Shown piece by piece: positions 17,504 to 27,137 of a DNA stretch of 64,000 bases. The stretch's first letter is position 1; each line of letters opens with the position of its first letter. Location: NCBI GenBank assembly GCA_963803125.1, contig CAWDLR010000003.1:2579548-2643547 (forward strand), read 5' to 3'. The notes under the pieces are model-generated. The model searched no databases. It saw only the letters and a list, made by a program, of their open reading frames with translations, and was not told where the DNA came from. The position numbers were made by a program, and so were the translations under genes. Origin of the DNA: an uncultured Planctomycetaceae bacterium (GTDB lineage Bacteria; Planctomycetota; Planctomycetia; Pirellulales; Thermoguttaceae).

Positions 17504-17796
17504 CGCGTCTGGGATGGTCGCGAGACCGAGTTTTCCTGCGAGAGGCGACACAGCGGGCGGACCTTCGCGATCGACGTATCGCTTGGGAGGTGTCAGACGG
17601 CGCAGCCTTCGGCGGCACGTCTCCTCGCCGGCTTGGGGAACCGTGGCCATAAAGTGCCTTGAGGAAATGGCTTACGTCTGGTAAAATCTGCGCGCCACCA
17701 GGCGATGCAAGCGGACCCCGGCGACACCGGAACCGCGGCGCGTCGGGGCCGACGTTCCGTCGGTCGCTCAACGTTGAGGATCGCGGGATCTTATGC

Positions 17797-17842
17797 TACA
17801 CAACTACTGTTTTTACCGTTGACAACTACGGTATAATCCGTA
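17797..17842 (+). promoter_or_regulatory. Candidate blaI promoter/operator region
   Basis: AT-rich. Direct repeat ACAACTAC at 17800-17807 and 17822-17829. 16-bp palindrome TACGGTATAATCCGTA (17827-17842) embeds TATAAT, about 50 nt upstream of blaI. Confidence 0.35.
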
Positions 17843-17891
17843 CAATGTTGGGAAGTTGAGAACGTCAAGTTCTTCCTTGGGTAACGCACAG

Positions 17892-18287
17892 ATGCCGCGA
17901 CCGAAACACGAACATCCGACGCCGGCCGAATTGGAGGTCCTTCAGCTTCTCTGGGAGCAAGGGCCGGCGACCGTCCGGCAGGTGATGGAAGTCCTCAATC
18001 GCCGCCGCCGTCGGGCTTACACCTCGGTGATGAGCCTGCTGGGCGTAATGACCGAAAAGGGGCTGTTGAAGCGCCGCGCGAAAGGCCGGGCGTACCTGTA
18101 TGAAGCCCGCGTCGGCCGGGAAAAGACCGTCGGCCGGATGCTCCGCGACCTGTTGGGCCGGGCGTTCGACGGCTCGGCGGCGTCGCTGGTGGCGCGGCTA
18201 TTGGACGAGTCGAGCCCCTCGCCGCAGGAATTGGCCGATATCCACGAAACCATCGAACAGTTCCGCCAAAGGCGAGGAGGCGACTGA
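17892..18287 (+). CDS. BlaI/MecI/CopY-family transcriptional repressor
   Basis: PTPAELEVLQLLWEQGPATVRQVMEVL...YTSVMSLLGVMTEKGLLKR...YLYEA. Its stop overlaps the next start (TGATG). Confidence 0.85.
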   Translation: MPRPKHEHPTPAELEVLQLLWEQGPATVRQVMEVLNRRRRRAYTSVMSLLGVMTEKGLLKRRAKGRAYLYEARVGREKTVGRMLRDLLGRAFDGSAASLVARLLDESSPSPQELADIHETIEQFRQRRGGD

Positions 18288-20665
18288 TGTGGCCGCTTGA
18301 CGTGCTTCACGATCCGGGCTGGCAACCGCTGACCTGCACGCTGCTGCACTTTCTCTGGCAAGGAATGGTCGTTGCGGCGGCGTGGACAGTGTTGTTCCGG
18401 CTGCCGCGGGCGCAGTCGATGCAGTTCCGCTACGCGCTCGGCCTTGCCGGCATGTTCGTGATGGCCGCCTGCCCGGTGGCGACGTTTGCGCTGCTTCAAT
18501 CACGAGCCGGCGCGGGCGAGGCCAAGGCATTGTTTGGAAAGCCCTCGCCGACGGGAAAAGCCCCCCGATTGCAATCGGGGGGCGTTGGAGAGCGGAAAGG
18601 AACTCTCGGAGACCGAAACGGGTCGAGCATCGCGCCCCGTGTTGCCCGCGAATTACATGACACGCCAGGGGCTGTTCCCTGCGATCCGTTCTGCTGGATC
18701 GACAAAGCGCAACCGTACTTGCTTGGCGGCTGGATGCTCGGGCTGGTAGTCCTTAGCGGCCGGCTGATGTTTGGGGTCGTCGCCGAGCGCCGCCTGGGGC
18801 GAGGCCGGGTGGCAATCGCGGGCGAAATCAGCGAGCGGGTGAAGGTACTGGCAGTCCGCCTGGGGCTTCGGAGGGTTCCGCGGGTTTTCAGCACGAAGGC
18901 CGCCCGCGAGGCGGTCGTTACCGGCCTGTTGCGGCCGATGGTATTGCTGCCGGCCGCCTGGTTGGCGGGGATGCCGCCCGAGGTGCTGGAGGCGGTAATC
19001 GCCCATGAGTTGGCGCACATCCGCCGCTACGACGTTTGGTTCAATCTGTTTCAGCGTTTTGTCGAGACGTTGTTGTTCTATCATCCCGGCGTTTGGTGGC
19101 TCTCGCGCCGCGTGCGGCTGGCCCGCGAAATGTGCTGCGACGAGATGGCGGCCCGGGCGACGGGCGAGCGCGTGGTGTATGCAACCGCATTGGAGCTGGC
19201 GGCTCGAAAGCGACTAGAGCCGGCCGGAAGATCGCTCCTGGAAGTCGCATTGGGAATCACTCGCATGACTCTGTTGGATCGCGTTCGCAACGTATTGGGA
19301 TTGGCCGCCCGGCACGAGCAAGGGCGTTGGTGGCCGGCGGCGGTGATGGTGCTGTTGGTGCTTCCGGCCGTTTGGTTTGCGTCGCTGGCAGTCACTGCGG
19401 CCGATGAGAAGCCGATCGCCGTTCAGCCGGCGAAGAACGAAAGTCGGCCGCAGCAGTTGGTGTTGAACGTGGACGCCAAGGGGAAAGTGAGCGCGGCAAA
19501 GCCAATTCGCGACATCGACGAATTTCTCTCGGCCAAAGCCCGCGAAATCCTGGCGGCCAATCACATAACGGGGGCCGATCTGGAGGCGGGAAAAGACTTG
19601 CCGGCGACCATGGTGCTTCGCGTCGCCCGCGACGTGCCGCTTGCAAAACTCGAAGTCGTGATCAGGGCTTGCCAAGAACACGGCTTCCACAAATTGTCAT
19701 TCGCGCTGGACAAGGAAGCGGCATCACCTGCCGTTGCGCCGCTGGCCGCCGAAGAGACGGGGCCAAGGCACTCGGCGACCGCGACCTTCCGCATCGCAAT
19801 GGAAGAAAAACCCGTGCTCGGCGCGAGTAATGCGCCAACGAGCCGCGAGGCATTCGAAATCTACAAGAATACCCAGGCGGAACTGCTGAAGAGCAGGTTG
19901 GTGTCGATGGCGGCCCTACGCAATCCGAAGATCGCCGGACTTCAGTGGCTCGAACGTCACGAGGCGCCGGGCGATTCCGTTAAATGGCTTGCCGACCACT
20001 TGCAAGTCAGTTTTCCCGCCAATTCGGAATTGATGAAGGTCAGCCTTCGCACCAGCGGTCCGGTGGATGCGGTGGCGTTATTGACCGCCGTCACCAACGC
20101 CTACATGAGGGAAGTAGTGTCTGCCGAAAACGATCGGAGGGCGCGGCGTTTTGACCAGCTTGACAGGATCTGTTCTGAGGAACAGCAAGAGCTGCGCAGT
20201 AAGCGGGAGGAACTTAGGAGCCTGGCGGCATTGACGGGAGGGGCCGACCCGGCCATACGCGCCGCGCGAGCCAAGGCCGTCTTCGAAGAACTGGCCCTTT
20301 ATCGGAACCGATTGGCGACGGCGGGCTTCGAGATTTCGCACTACAGGGTGGATCTGGCAGTGCAGAAGGCCTACCTCGAAGACGCCAAGGGGGACGCCCG
20401 CGCTCCGATCCTCAAAGAGATCAAACGGCTTGAAGTCTCCATCCGCGTGACGACCGAGCAACTGGCGGAGTTGCAGAAGACGATCAAGGAGTTGGAAGAG
20501 ACTACCAGATCTCTGAGCAATCCTGAATCGGTTGACATAGAGATGGTCCGAACCGCGATCGCGAACGTCGAAGCCTCGCTGTCGAAATGTGTCGCGGAAA
20601 GGGAGCGATTGGGAATCGAGCTTCGTACTCCCCCGCGGATCACGTTGATAGAGCCCCCGCAATAG
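18287..20665 (+). CDS. BlaR1-like M56 metallopeptidase sensor with ExbD-like and Wzz/GumC-like C-terminal extension
   Basis: TM segments plus HELAHIRRYD (HEXXH). Later TM (WWPAAVMVLLVLPAVWFASLAV). ExbD/TolR-like block (MVLRVARDVPLAKLEVVIRACQEHGFHKLSFAL). Then a chain-length-determinant-like region and a long coiled coil. Confidence 0.75.
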   Translation: MWPLDVLHDPGWQPLTCTLLHFLWQGMVVAAAWTVLFRLPRAQSMQFRYALGLAGMFVMAACPVATFALLQSRAGAGEAKALFGKPSPTGKAPRLQSGGVGERKGTLGDRNGSSIAPRVARELHDTPGAVPCDPFCWIDKAQPYLLGGWMLGLVVLSGRLMFGVVAERRLGRGRVAIAGEISERVKVLAVRLGLRRVPRVFSTKAAREAVVTGLLRPMVLLPAAWLAGMPPEVLEAVIAHELAHIRRYDVWFNLFQRFVETLLFYHPGVWWLSRRVRLAREMCCDEMAARATGERVVYATALELAARKRLEPAGRSLLEVALGITRMTLLDRVRNVLGLAARHEQGRWWPAAVMVLLVLPAVWFASLAVTAADEKPIAVQPAKNESRPQQLVLNVDAKGKVSAAKPIRDIDEFLSAKAREILAANHITGADLEAGKDLPATMVLRVARDVPLAKLEVVIRACQEHGFHKLSFALDKEAASPAVAPLAAEETGPRHSATATFRIAMEEKPVLGASNAPTSREAFEIYKNTQAELLKSRLVSMAALRNPKIAGLQWLERHEAPGDSVKWLADHLQVSFPANSELMKVSLRTSGPVDAVALLTAVTNAYMREVVSAENDRRARRFDQLDRICSEEQQELRSKREELRSLAALTGGADPAIRAARAKAVFEELALYRNRLATAGFEISHYRVDLAVQKAYLEDAKGDARAPILKEIKRLEVSIRVTTEQLAELQKTIKELEETTRSLSNPESVDIEMVRTAIANVEASLSKCVAERERLGIELRTPPRITLIEPPQ

Positions 20666-20681
20666 CCGCCCGCGGCGGTGC

Positions 20682-21326
20682 CTACGCGGCCTGGCGGCGA
20701 GTGGCGAGCGACGCCAGGGCGTCGATTTCCGAGCGCGGCTTCAGGGCCAGCGGCGTCCCGCCCTCTTCCGACTTTCGCTCGACGAAAACCAACGAGCGTT
20801 CGTCGAGCATCCGCGGAACGAAGAACCACATTCGGGCAAACGCTGGGACTTCGAGCGCGGCGGGCAGGATCAGCAGATCGATCTTGCCCAACGAGTTTGC
20901 CGCCCGAACCAGGGAATCGGCGGGGTCACCGGGCAGGAGTCGCACGCGCACGCCATTGCGACGCAGGAGTTGGTGGGCGGCCTTCAGCGTCAGGCCCGGC
21001 CCGTCGGCTTCCGAGCGGTCTTCAAACGGGTCGAAGCCCCAATAATCGACCTTGTCGCCGGGGGAGGCCAGTTTGGCCACGTCGAGCATCCGCAGCGCCC
21101 GCCGGCCGTTCCCGATACCCAATTCGACGATCTTTCGTGCGCGCCGCCGCCAGATCGCGCGATAGAGGGGGCGATCGGACTGCGGCTTGGAAAAATAACA
21201 AAAATATGCCAGCCGAATACGTCTAAGGATCGACAACGTCACCCTCCCTGGCAACGATGGACGACAAAGAGCGGACCGCCATAGAGCAAATTCGGCCGGA
21301 ACGGGCGCTGGGTTCAGTGGATTCAA
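20682..21326 (-). CDS. Putative class I SAM-dependent methyltransferase
   Basis: Motif I-like IVELGIGNGRRA and downstream acidic loop DYWGFDPFED. Otherwise uncharacterised. Confidence 0.5.
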   Translation of the reverse strand: MNPLNPAPVPAEFALWRSALCRPSLPGRVTLSILRRIRLAYFCYFSKPQSDRPLYRAIWRRRARKIVELGIGNGRRALRMLDVAKLASPGDKVDYWGFDPFEDRSEADGPGLTLKAAHQLLRRNGVRVRLLPGDPADSLVRAANSLGKIDLLILPAALEVPAFARMWFFVPRMLDERSLVFVERKSEEGGTPLALKPRSEIDALASLATRRQAA

Positions 21327-21421
21327 TGGTCAGGCCCGGAGGATCCAGCACGCCCCCACAATTGACTGATGCCGGAGCGCCGGCGGACGTAGTAATCCTG
21401 TGCGGTCAACATGGGGAACCT

Positions 21422-21492
21422 GTTTAGCCGCCGCGTTTACGCGGCGGAGAATCGCTGACAACTGCATCGCCGCGCGGACGCGGCGGCTAAAC
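21422..21492. repeat. REP family I pair (GTTTAGCCGCCGCG...CGCGGCGGCTAAAC)
   Basis: Arms at 21422-21447 and 21470-21492. A second copy lies at 52604-52692. Confidence 0.8.
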
Positions 21493-21710
21493 GGTTCGGA
21501 GACAACCACCATAATCCGTTACTGCACCGGGACCGGCCTATTCATTCCGGTGACAATTCTGTATTCTGTAGGGCGACAACAGCGACACCTGGGGGTTTGG
21601 GCCGGCTGGCCAAGAGTGGTTGACATTGTCGGGCGGCCGGGGGTATCGTTTTCTGTTTCTTGCGGTAGGCGGGACGGGGTCGTGGTGTTTCGAGGCGGAG
21701 GCTGCCAGTA

Positions 21711-22853
21711 ATGAAGTACGCCGTGATCGGCCCCGTGGCCGTCCACTTGCCGGAGAAGGTCGAAGACAACGATTTTCTGGCGTCCCAGTATCCCAAATGG
21801 GACATGGACCTGATTTTTGCGAAGACGGGCATCCGGCAGCGGCACATCGCGGCCGCGGAGGAGTGCGCCTCGGACTTGGGAGTGGCAGCGGCGGAAAAGC
21901 TCTTCACCCAGTTCCAAATCGACCGCAAGACGATCGATTTTCTGCTGTTTTGCACGCAGACGCCCGATTATCCTCTGCCCACGACTGCTTGCCTGATTCA
22001 GGACCGGCTGCGGTTGCCTACCTCGGTCGGGGCGCTGGATTTTAATCTGGGCTGTTCTGGTTTTGTGTACGGGCTGTCGCTGGCGGACGGGTTGATCCGC
22101 AGCGGCACCGCCCGCCGCGTGCTGTTGATTACGGCCGAGACATATTCGAAATACATCGATCCGAGCGATCGGTCGCTGCGGACGATCTTCGGCGACGGGG
22201 CGGCCGCCACGCTGGTCGAGGCATCGGACGTGCCCTCGCTGGGCGGTTTTGTTTTCGGCACGGACGGCAGCGGGGGCGACATGCTGCTGGTGGCTGAAGG
22301 GGGGGCGCGGCCGTTGAAAGACGCCATTCAACCGCGGAAACGGCGGCGCTGGCCCAGCAGCCTCTACATGGACGGGCCGGAACTGGTCAAGTTCAGTCTG
22401 GACATCGCCCCGCCGCTGATCGAGAGCGTGCTGGCCCGCGCCCAATGGACGCGAGAACAGATCGACATGTACCTGATTCACCAGGCGACGCTTTTCATGC
22501 TCGATCACCTCCGCGAGCGGCTGTCCCTCGATCGCGAACACACGCCCGAGGCCCTGGAAAACTACGGCAACACCGTCTCTTCGACGATCCCGATCTTGAT
22601 CCGCGATCTCCGCGAGTCGGGCCGGCTGCGACCGGGCAAGCAGACGCTGCTAATGGGATTCGGCGTGGGGTTGTCGTGGGCGGGATGCGTCTGGAGCGAG
22701 ACCTGGGCAGCCGAACAAGCGGAAGTAGCAACGGCTGCCGATAAGCTGGCGGAGAAGCCGGGCGAACCGCCCAACGCTTCCACGCCCGACCTGTCGCCCG
22801 ACGCGCAACCGTGCCCGCAAGACTCCTCGTCCGATTCGCGCGAAGCCGCATAA
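21711..22853 (+). CDS. 3-oxoacyl-ACP synthase III (FabH-like KAS III) with acidic/Pro-rich tail
   Basis: Cys-His-Asn triad contexts: DFNLGCSGFVYGL, YLIHQATLFMLD, NYGNTVSSTIPI. Confidence 0.8.
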   Translation: MKYAVIGPVAVHLPEKVEDNDFLASQYPKWDMDLIFAKTGIRQRHIAAAEECASDLGVAAAEKLFTQFQIDRKTIDFLLFCTQTPDYPLPTTACLIQDRLRLPTSVGALDFNLGCSGFVYGLSLADGLIRSGTARRVLLITAETYSKYIDPSDRSLRTIFGDGAAATLVEASDVPSLGGFVFGTDGSGGDMLLVAEGGARPLKDAIQPRKRRRWPSSLYMDGPELVKFSLDIAPPLIESVLARAQWTREQIDMYLIHQATLFMLDHLRERLSLDREHTPEALENYGNTVSSTIPILIRDLRESGRLRPGKQTLLMGFGVGLSWAGCVWSETWAAEQAEVATAADKLAEKPGEPPNASTPDLSPDAQPCPQDSSSDSREAA

Positions 22854-22898
22854 CCCGCATTTCTCACCACGCGGGGAATACGCTCAATACAATTATTC

Positions 22899-22968
22899 GG
22901 TGGGGCAGACATTCCTGTCTGCCCCGTAGAATGCGGCAAATAGGGCAGACAGGAATGTCTGCCCCACC
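22899..22968. repeat. REP family B pair (GGTGGGGCAGACATTCCTGTCTGCCC)
   Basis: Arms at 22899-22925 and 22943-22968. The same family occurs at 28325-28392, 37301-37325, 39814-39891 and 43885-43954. Confidence 0.85.
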
Positions 22969-23016
22969 GTGGCGAGAAATGCGGGCTAGAAGTTTTCGAT
23001 CGGCCGACAACGCCTA

Positions 23017-23877
23017 TCAGTTTCCGAACGGATCGGCGTCATTGTCGGGAGACTTCTCCGACTTGCCGCCGCCCGCTCCCTTTTTGGCGTCGGGCTTCTT
23101 CTCGGATTTCTTGCCAGCCGAACCGCCGAACGGATCGTCCTCGTCGGCAGGCTTCTTGTCGGCGGCGGGTTTCTTTGCGTCGGACTTTTTCTTGGCGGAG
23201 CCGGCTTTTTCCGCGGCCTTGTCGGCGGGTTTTGCCGGGGCGTCAAAGGGGTTGTCCTCCGCCCCTGCTGCCGCCGCAGCCTCCTTCTTGCCCGCCGGTT
23301 TCGCCGCCGCGCCCTTGTTGGTGGCGGGCTTCTCGGCCGCTTCCGGCGCGGCAAACGGATTGTCGGAGTCGGCCGTGGCCTCGGGCGGAAGAGCGGGGAC
23401 GTCGGCAGGAGTGACGCTCTGTTCGCGCACGACCCGCTCCTCTTCGCGTTTCATCGCCTCGTAGCGCGCCTTGCGGATTCTCTCCTCTTGCTCGAGCACG
23501 GCCATGCGGGCGTCAACGCGATAGCTCTCCAACTGAACTCGTGCCGAGCCCTGCACGCGCTCCAGTGCTTTGCCCACATTGTAGAATCGGTTGATGTCCC
23601 TGCTCTCCAAGTCGGCACCCTTGCGGAAGTCGATCGTCGCGTCCTGCGGGCGACCGAATTGCAGGAAGGTCAGCCCGCGAAAGTAGAAGACGCGGGGGTC
23701 CTTCGAGCCGGCTTGGGCGGCCGCGGTCAGCCGGTCGTATGCCTGCTGCAAGTCGCCGGCAAAGTAGGCGTGAACGCCGCTGCCGTATTGCTGGGCCAGC
23801 ACGGCGTCCTGAGCGAACAGCGAAACGGCCGACAACGATGCCAGTGCTCCAACCAGCAAGACGATGCTACGAAACAT
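23017..23877 (-). CDS. Secreted protein with TPR-like N-domain and Lys/Ala/Pro-rich tail
   Basis: ATG 23877. Signal peptide MFRSIVLLVGALASLSAVSLFAQ. Helical repeat-like region. The tail is KKPA/AEKA-rich low complexity. Confidence 0.55.
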   Translation of the reverse strand: MFRSIVLLVGALASLSAVSLFAQDAVLAQQYGSGVHAYFAGDLQQAYDRLTAAAQAGSKDPRVFYFRGLTFLQFGRPQDATIDFRKGADLESRDINRFYNVGKALERVQGSARVQLESYRVDARMAVLEQEERIRKARYEAMKREEERVVREQSVTPADVPALPPEATADSDNPFAAPEAAEKPATNKGAAAKPAGKKEAAAAAGAEDNPFDAPAKPADKAAEKAGSAKKKSDAKKPAADKKPADEDDPFGGSAGKKSEKKPDAKKGAGGGKSEKSPDNDADPFGN

Positions 23878-24118
23878 GACAGTAAACTCCTGCCTAGACG
23901 GTGTGGTTTCTGCGCCGGGGGCGCAATGTGTTCCGCGAAAACGGGCCCGCGCTACCTCGATGGTAATTACTGACTGTCGAAAGATCAAGCAACCGAGCCG
24001 ATTTTGCCGCGGGACAACGCCCTGCAGGGGGGTATGGGAAACTTGACGCTCGCGGCGCGTGCTAACTATACTAAAGGCAGTAGTCGGCATAGTTTGCACC
24101 AGCCGTGCATCTTCCCGC

Positions 24119-24162
24119 GGGACTGTCCCGATTTTCGCGTCAACGAAAATGGGACTGTCCCC
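24119..24162. repeat. REP family G (GGGACTGTCCC-ATTTTCG...CGAAAAT-GGGACTGTCCCC)
   Basis: Palindrome at 24119-24162. Copies lie at 40447-40490 and 52894-52938. Confidence 0.8.
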
Positions 24163-24191
24163 TTTGCCTCCGAAACAGAAAGAGTCTCTCG

Positions 24192-25190
24192 ATGAATCGT
24201 TCGCTCTCGGTCTGGGCCTCTGCGGCCGCCGTAATGTTCCTGTTGAGCGGTTCGCCGCTGGTTGCCGAAGACGGGGTCGGGAAGCCGCCGCTGGCGAAAG
24301 AAGCGGCCAAGAACCTCGTCCCCACCGCCAAATCTCCCTATCGCCCGCTGGCGCCTGGGGTAATGATCTCGGTCGACCCGATGCGAAAGCTGGAAGAGTC
24401 GGTCAGCCGCCACGACGTCGTGGAGCTGCTGGCGGTCGATCCGAGCTTCGACTGGGCCAAAGATGTGCCGTTCCGCCACGACGTGTGGACGTTGGACTTC
24501 AAGTTCAAACCGGTCCGCATGATCTGGGTCGATATTCCGCAGCCGAGCGGCTACATGCAGCGGAAGCGGATTTGGTACATGGTTTATTCGGTGACGAACA
24601 CCGGAAACGTCATGCACCCGGTGGAGAACGATGACTTGCCGTACGAGACCTTTGAGAAGAGGCAGATCGCCAAGGTGGAGATGGTTGACCGGCCGGTGCA
24701 CTTCGACCCGGGATTTCTGCTGGAGGCCCACGTCCGCCGTCCCGACGCGAGCGTCTTGAACAAGGTCTATCCCGACCGTGTGATACCGGTGGCGATGGGG
24801 CCGATTCGCCTGCGCGAAGACCCGAACCGCCATTTCCTTACTTCGGTCGAGATGTGCCGCGACATCAAGGTGGGCGAGACGCAATGGGGCATCGCCACCT
24901 GGGAAGACATCGACCCGAGGACCTTCCGGTTCTCCGTTTACGTGATCGGTCTGACGAACTCCTATCGCTGGGCCGACGAGGATGGCGGCTATAAGAAGGG
25001 GGATCCGATCGGCAAGGGGCGGAAGCTCCGCCGCAAGACGCTGAAGCTCAACTTCTGGCGGCCGGGCGATCAATACTACGAGCACGAAGAGGAGATTCGT
25101 TACGGCGTCCCGCAAGAGCTCCTTCCCAAACAGCGCGACGGCAGCCCGAAGATCCCCGAAGGCCTTGACTACGATTGGGTTTACCGCTAG
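24192..25190 (+). CDS. Hypothetical secreted protein
   Basis: ATG 24192. Signal peptide (VWASAAAVMFLLSGSPLVA). 332-aa non-repetitive ORF with coding-like composition. Confidence 0.6.
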   Translation: MNRSLSVWASAAAVMFLLSGSPLVAEDGVGKPPLAKEAAKNLVPTAKSPYRPLAPGVMISVDPMRKLEESVSRHDVVELLAVDPSFDWAKDVPFRHDVWTLDFKFKPVRMIWVDIPQPSGYMQRKRIWYMVYSVTNTGNVMHPVENDDLPYETFEKRQIAKVEMVDRPVHFDPGFLLEAHVRRPDASVLNKVYPDRVIPVAMGPIRLREDPNRHFLTSVEMCRDIKVGETQWGIATWEDIDPRTFRFSVYVIGLTNSYRWADEDGGYKKGDPIGKGRKLRRKTLKLNFWRPGDQYYEHEEEIRYGVPQELLPKQRDGSPKIPEGLDYDWVYR

Positions 25191-25392
25191 AAAGAAAGGT
25201 TTGCCGCCGACTGCGCCTCAAGCGTCAGTGGGCGGCCAGTGGCGGTCTTTCGTTGCGTTGCCGGGTTTTTTCCGATCCGGCCGGTGTGCCGCCGCGGTGT
25301 GTTGGTGTAACGTAAACCCGTAATCGACAGGCTGTTTTGCTTCTGCAAGTCCGATCGGCTCGCGGAGCGGTTTTGTGCGGAGAAGTGATGCT

Positions 25393-25647
25393 ATGGCACA
25401 CAAAAAAGGACAAGGTTCGAGCCGAAACGGACGCGATTCCAACTCGCAGCGCCTGGGAGTGAAGCGATTCGGCGGCGAAGAAGTGCGGGCCGGAAACATC
25501 CTCGTCCGCCAGGTCGGCACCCGTTTTCACGCCGGCAAAGGCGTCGGCCAGGGGAGCGATTTTACGCTCTATGCCCTGATCGACGGATACGTCCATTTCG
25601 ACCGTGGAGGCCGCCGGGTTCAGATTGTTGACGCCCGCCCGGCCTGA
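25393..25647 (+). CDS. rpmA: 50S ribosomal protein L27
   Basis: [57 protein letters not shown], a near-canonical L27 sequence. Confidence 0.92.
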   Translation: MAHKKGQGSSRNGRDSNSQRLGVKRFGGEEVRAGNILVRQVGTRFHAGKGVGQGSDFTLYALIDGYVHFDRGGRRVQIVDARPA

Positions 25648-25687
25648 TCGGGACGTATCGCATCGCCGGAACGGGGTTGGCGGCGGC

Positions 25688-25823
25688 GTAAATATTCGCC
25701 CAACCCGTCAAATTCCTTGCCCAAGCTTACCAGCCTAACAATGGTCCTTGTTGTAACATCTTCCAGCTAAAGCGGTTGTGGCTAACTTGCCCAAATAGGC
25801 CAACGGGTTGGGCGAATATTTAC
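25688..25823. repeat. 21-bp perfect inverted repeat bracketing an AT-richer 94-nt segment (MITE-like or structured RNA)
   Basis: GTAAATATTCGCCCAACCCGT at 25688-25708 and ACGGGTTGGGCGAATATTTAC at 25803-25823. Confidence 0.7.
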
Positions 25824-26074
25824 TCCGGCCTGCCTCGTCGGCCAGCTTCTTCTACCGCTGGTCCGCTTGTGCCTTCTCCTCCCGGAAGCTCGCCGGGACC
25901 TTGAACCCTGGACCTTTCTTCTTAACGCTGGTCCACTCGCGAGTTCTTCTCCCCCGCAATCCCCCCAGAGAGAGGCAGAGACAATTCCGTCCTTTGAGAA
26001 ACCAGTGGGGCGATCGCGCAGTAGGCTTTCTTGTAGAAAGTTGTGCTCATTCGACGCGAGAGAGGGCTGGTGCC

Positions 26075-27130
26075 GTGAAAATCCTGATTGTCGATGACGA
26101 CCCGCTGCTCCTGCAAGTCTTGGAGCATGCAATTGTTGGTCTTGGCCACGAAGCGGCAACCGCCGGCAGCGGTCCGGAAGCGCTGCGGCTGATGCGGGAC
26201 GGCTCGTACCGCATGGTGATTTGCGACTGGGAGATGCCCGGCATGGATGGCCCCGAATTGTGCCGCCGCATCCGTCAACGCTATTGCAGCAAGTACGTCT
26301 ACATTATCATGCTCTCGGTGCGCTGCGGCACCCAGAACGTGGTCGAGGGCCTGGGCGCCGGCGCCGACGAGTTCATCAGCAAGCCGTTCGACCCGCAGGA
26401 GCTCAGCGTTCGCATCCGCACCGGCGAGCGGATCCTGGCCCTGGAGAGCCGCGACGTCACCATTTTCAGCTTGGCGCAACTGGCCGAGTCGCGCGACCAG
26501 GAGACCGGCGCGCACGTCGATCGGCTGCGAGAGTATTGCCGCCTGCTGGCCGAGCACTTGGCGCGGCAGGAGAAGTACAGCGACGTGATCGACGGCGATT
26601 TCGTCGAGCTGCTCTACATGACCAGCCCCTTGCACGACATCGGCAAGGTAAGCGTTCCCGATGAGATCTTGCTGAAGGCCGGCCCGCTGACCGAAGCGGA
26701 GTTCGAGATCATGAAACAGCACTCCGTGGCGGGAGCCATGACCTTGCAGTCGGCGATCTATGCCTATCCTGACGCGAAGTATCTCTACATGGCTCGCGAC
26801 ATCGCCCACAGCCACCACGAGCGCTACGACGGCACCGGCTACCCGGACGGTCTGGCGGGCGAGGCGATTCCGCTGTGCGGCCGGATCGTCGCCCTGGCCG
26901 ACGTCTACGATGCGCTGACGACCAAGCACGTCTACAAGCCGGCCTTCAGCCATGCCAAGGCGCACAAGATCATCTGCGAGGGGATCGGGACTCAATTCGA
27001 CCCGGACGTTGGTCAGGCATACATCGCCAACGAGGATCGCTTCGTCGAGATTCACAACCGCTTCGCCGTCCGCGAGGCAAGAGAAGCCCGCACATTGCGG
27101 CCGCTGGCCGACATGACGCTGAGCGGCTGA
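26075..27130 (+). CDS. Response regulator with HD-GYP domain (RpfG-like c-di-GMP phosphodiesterase)
   Basis: GTG 26075 after GAGAGG. REC domain (KILIVDDDPLL ... MVICDWEMPGMDG ... ISKPF). HD-GYP (HDIGKVSVPDEIL ... HHERYDGTGYPDGL). Confidence 0.85.
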   Translation: MKILIVDDDPLLLQVLEHAIVGLGHEAATAGSGPEALRLMRDGSYRMVICDWEMPGMDGPELCRRIRQRYCSKYVYIIMLSVRCGTQNVVEGLGAGADEFISKPFDPQELSVRIRTGERILALESRDVTIFSLAQLAESRDQETGAHVDRLREYCRLLAEHLARQEKYSDVIDGDFVELLYMTSPLHDIGKVSVPDEILLKAGPLTEAEFEIMKQHSVAGAMTLQSAIYAYPDAKYLYMARDIAHSHHERYDGTGYPDGLAGEAIPLCGRIVALADVYDALTTKHVYKPAFSHAKAHKIICEGIGTQFDPDVGQAYIANEDRFVEIHNRFAVREAREARTLRPLADMTLSG

Positions 27131-27137
27131 CCAGCCG

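Noticed and set aside
17818-17836. TTGACA ... TATAAT read as a canonical sigma70 promoter for blaI
   Set aside because: The two hexamers are only 7 nt apart, incompatible with -35/-10 spacing. I kept only a low-confidence promoter/operator region call.
21519-22541. 340-aa - strand ORF opposite the KAS III gene
   Set aside because: Antisense to a gene with an intact Cys-His-Asn triad context. Arg/Pro-rich.
25922-27055. 377-aa - strand ORF opposite the RR/HD-GYP gene
   Set aside because: Antisense shadow ORF. The + strand carries clear REC and HD-GYP motifs.
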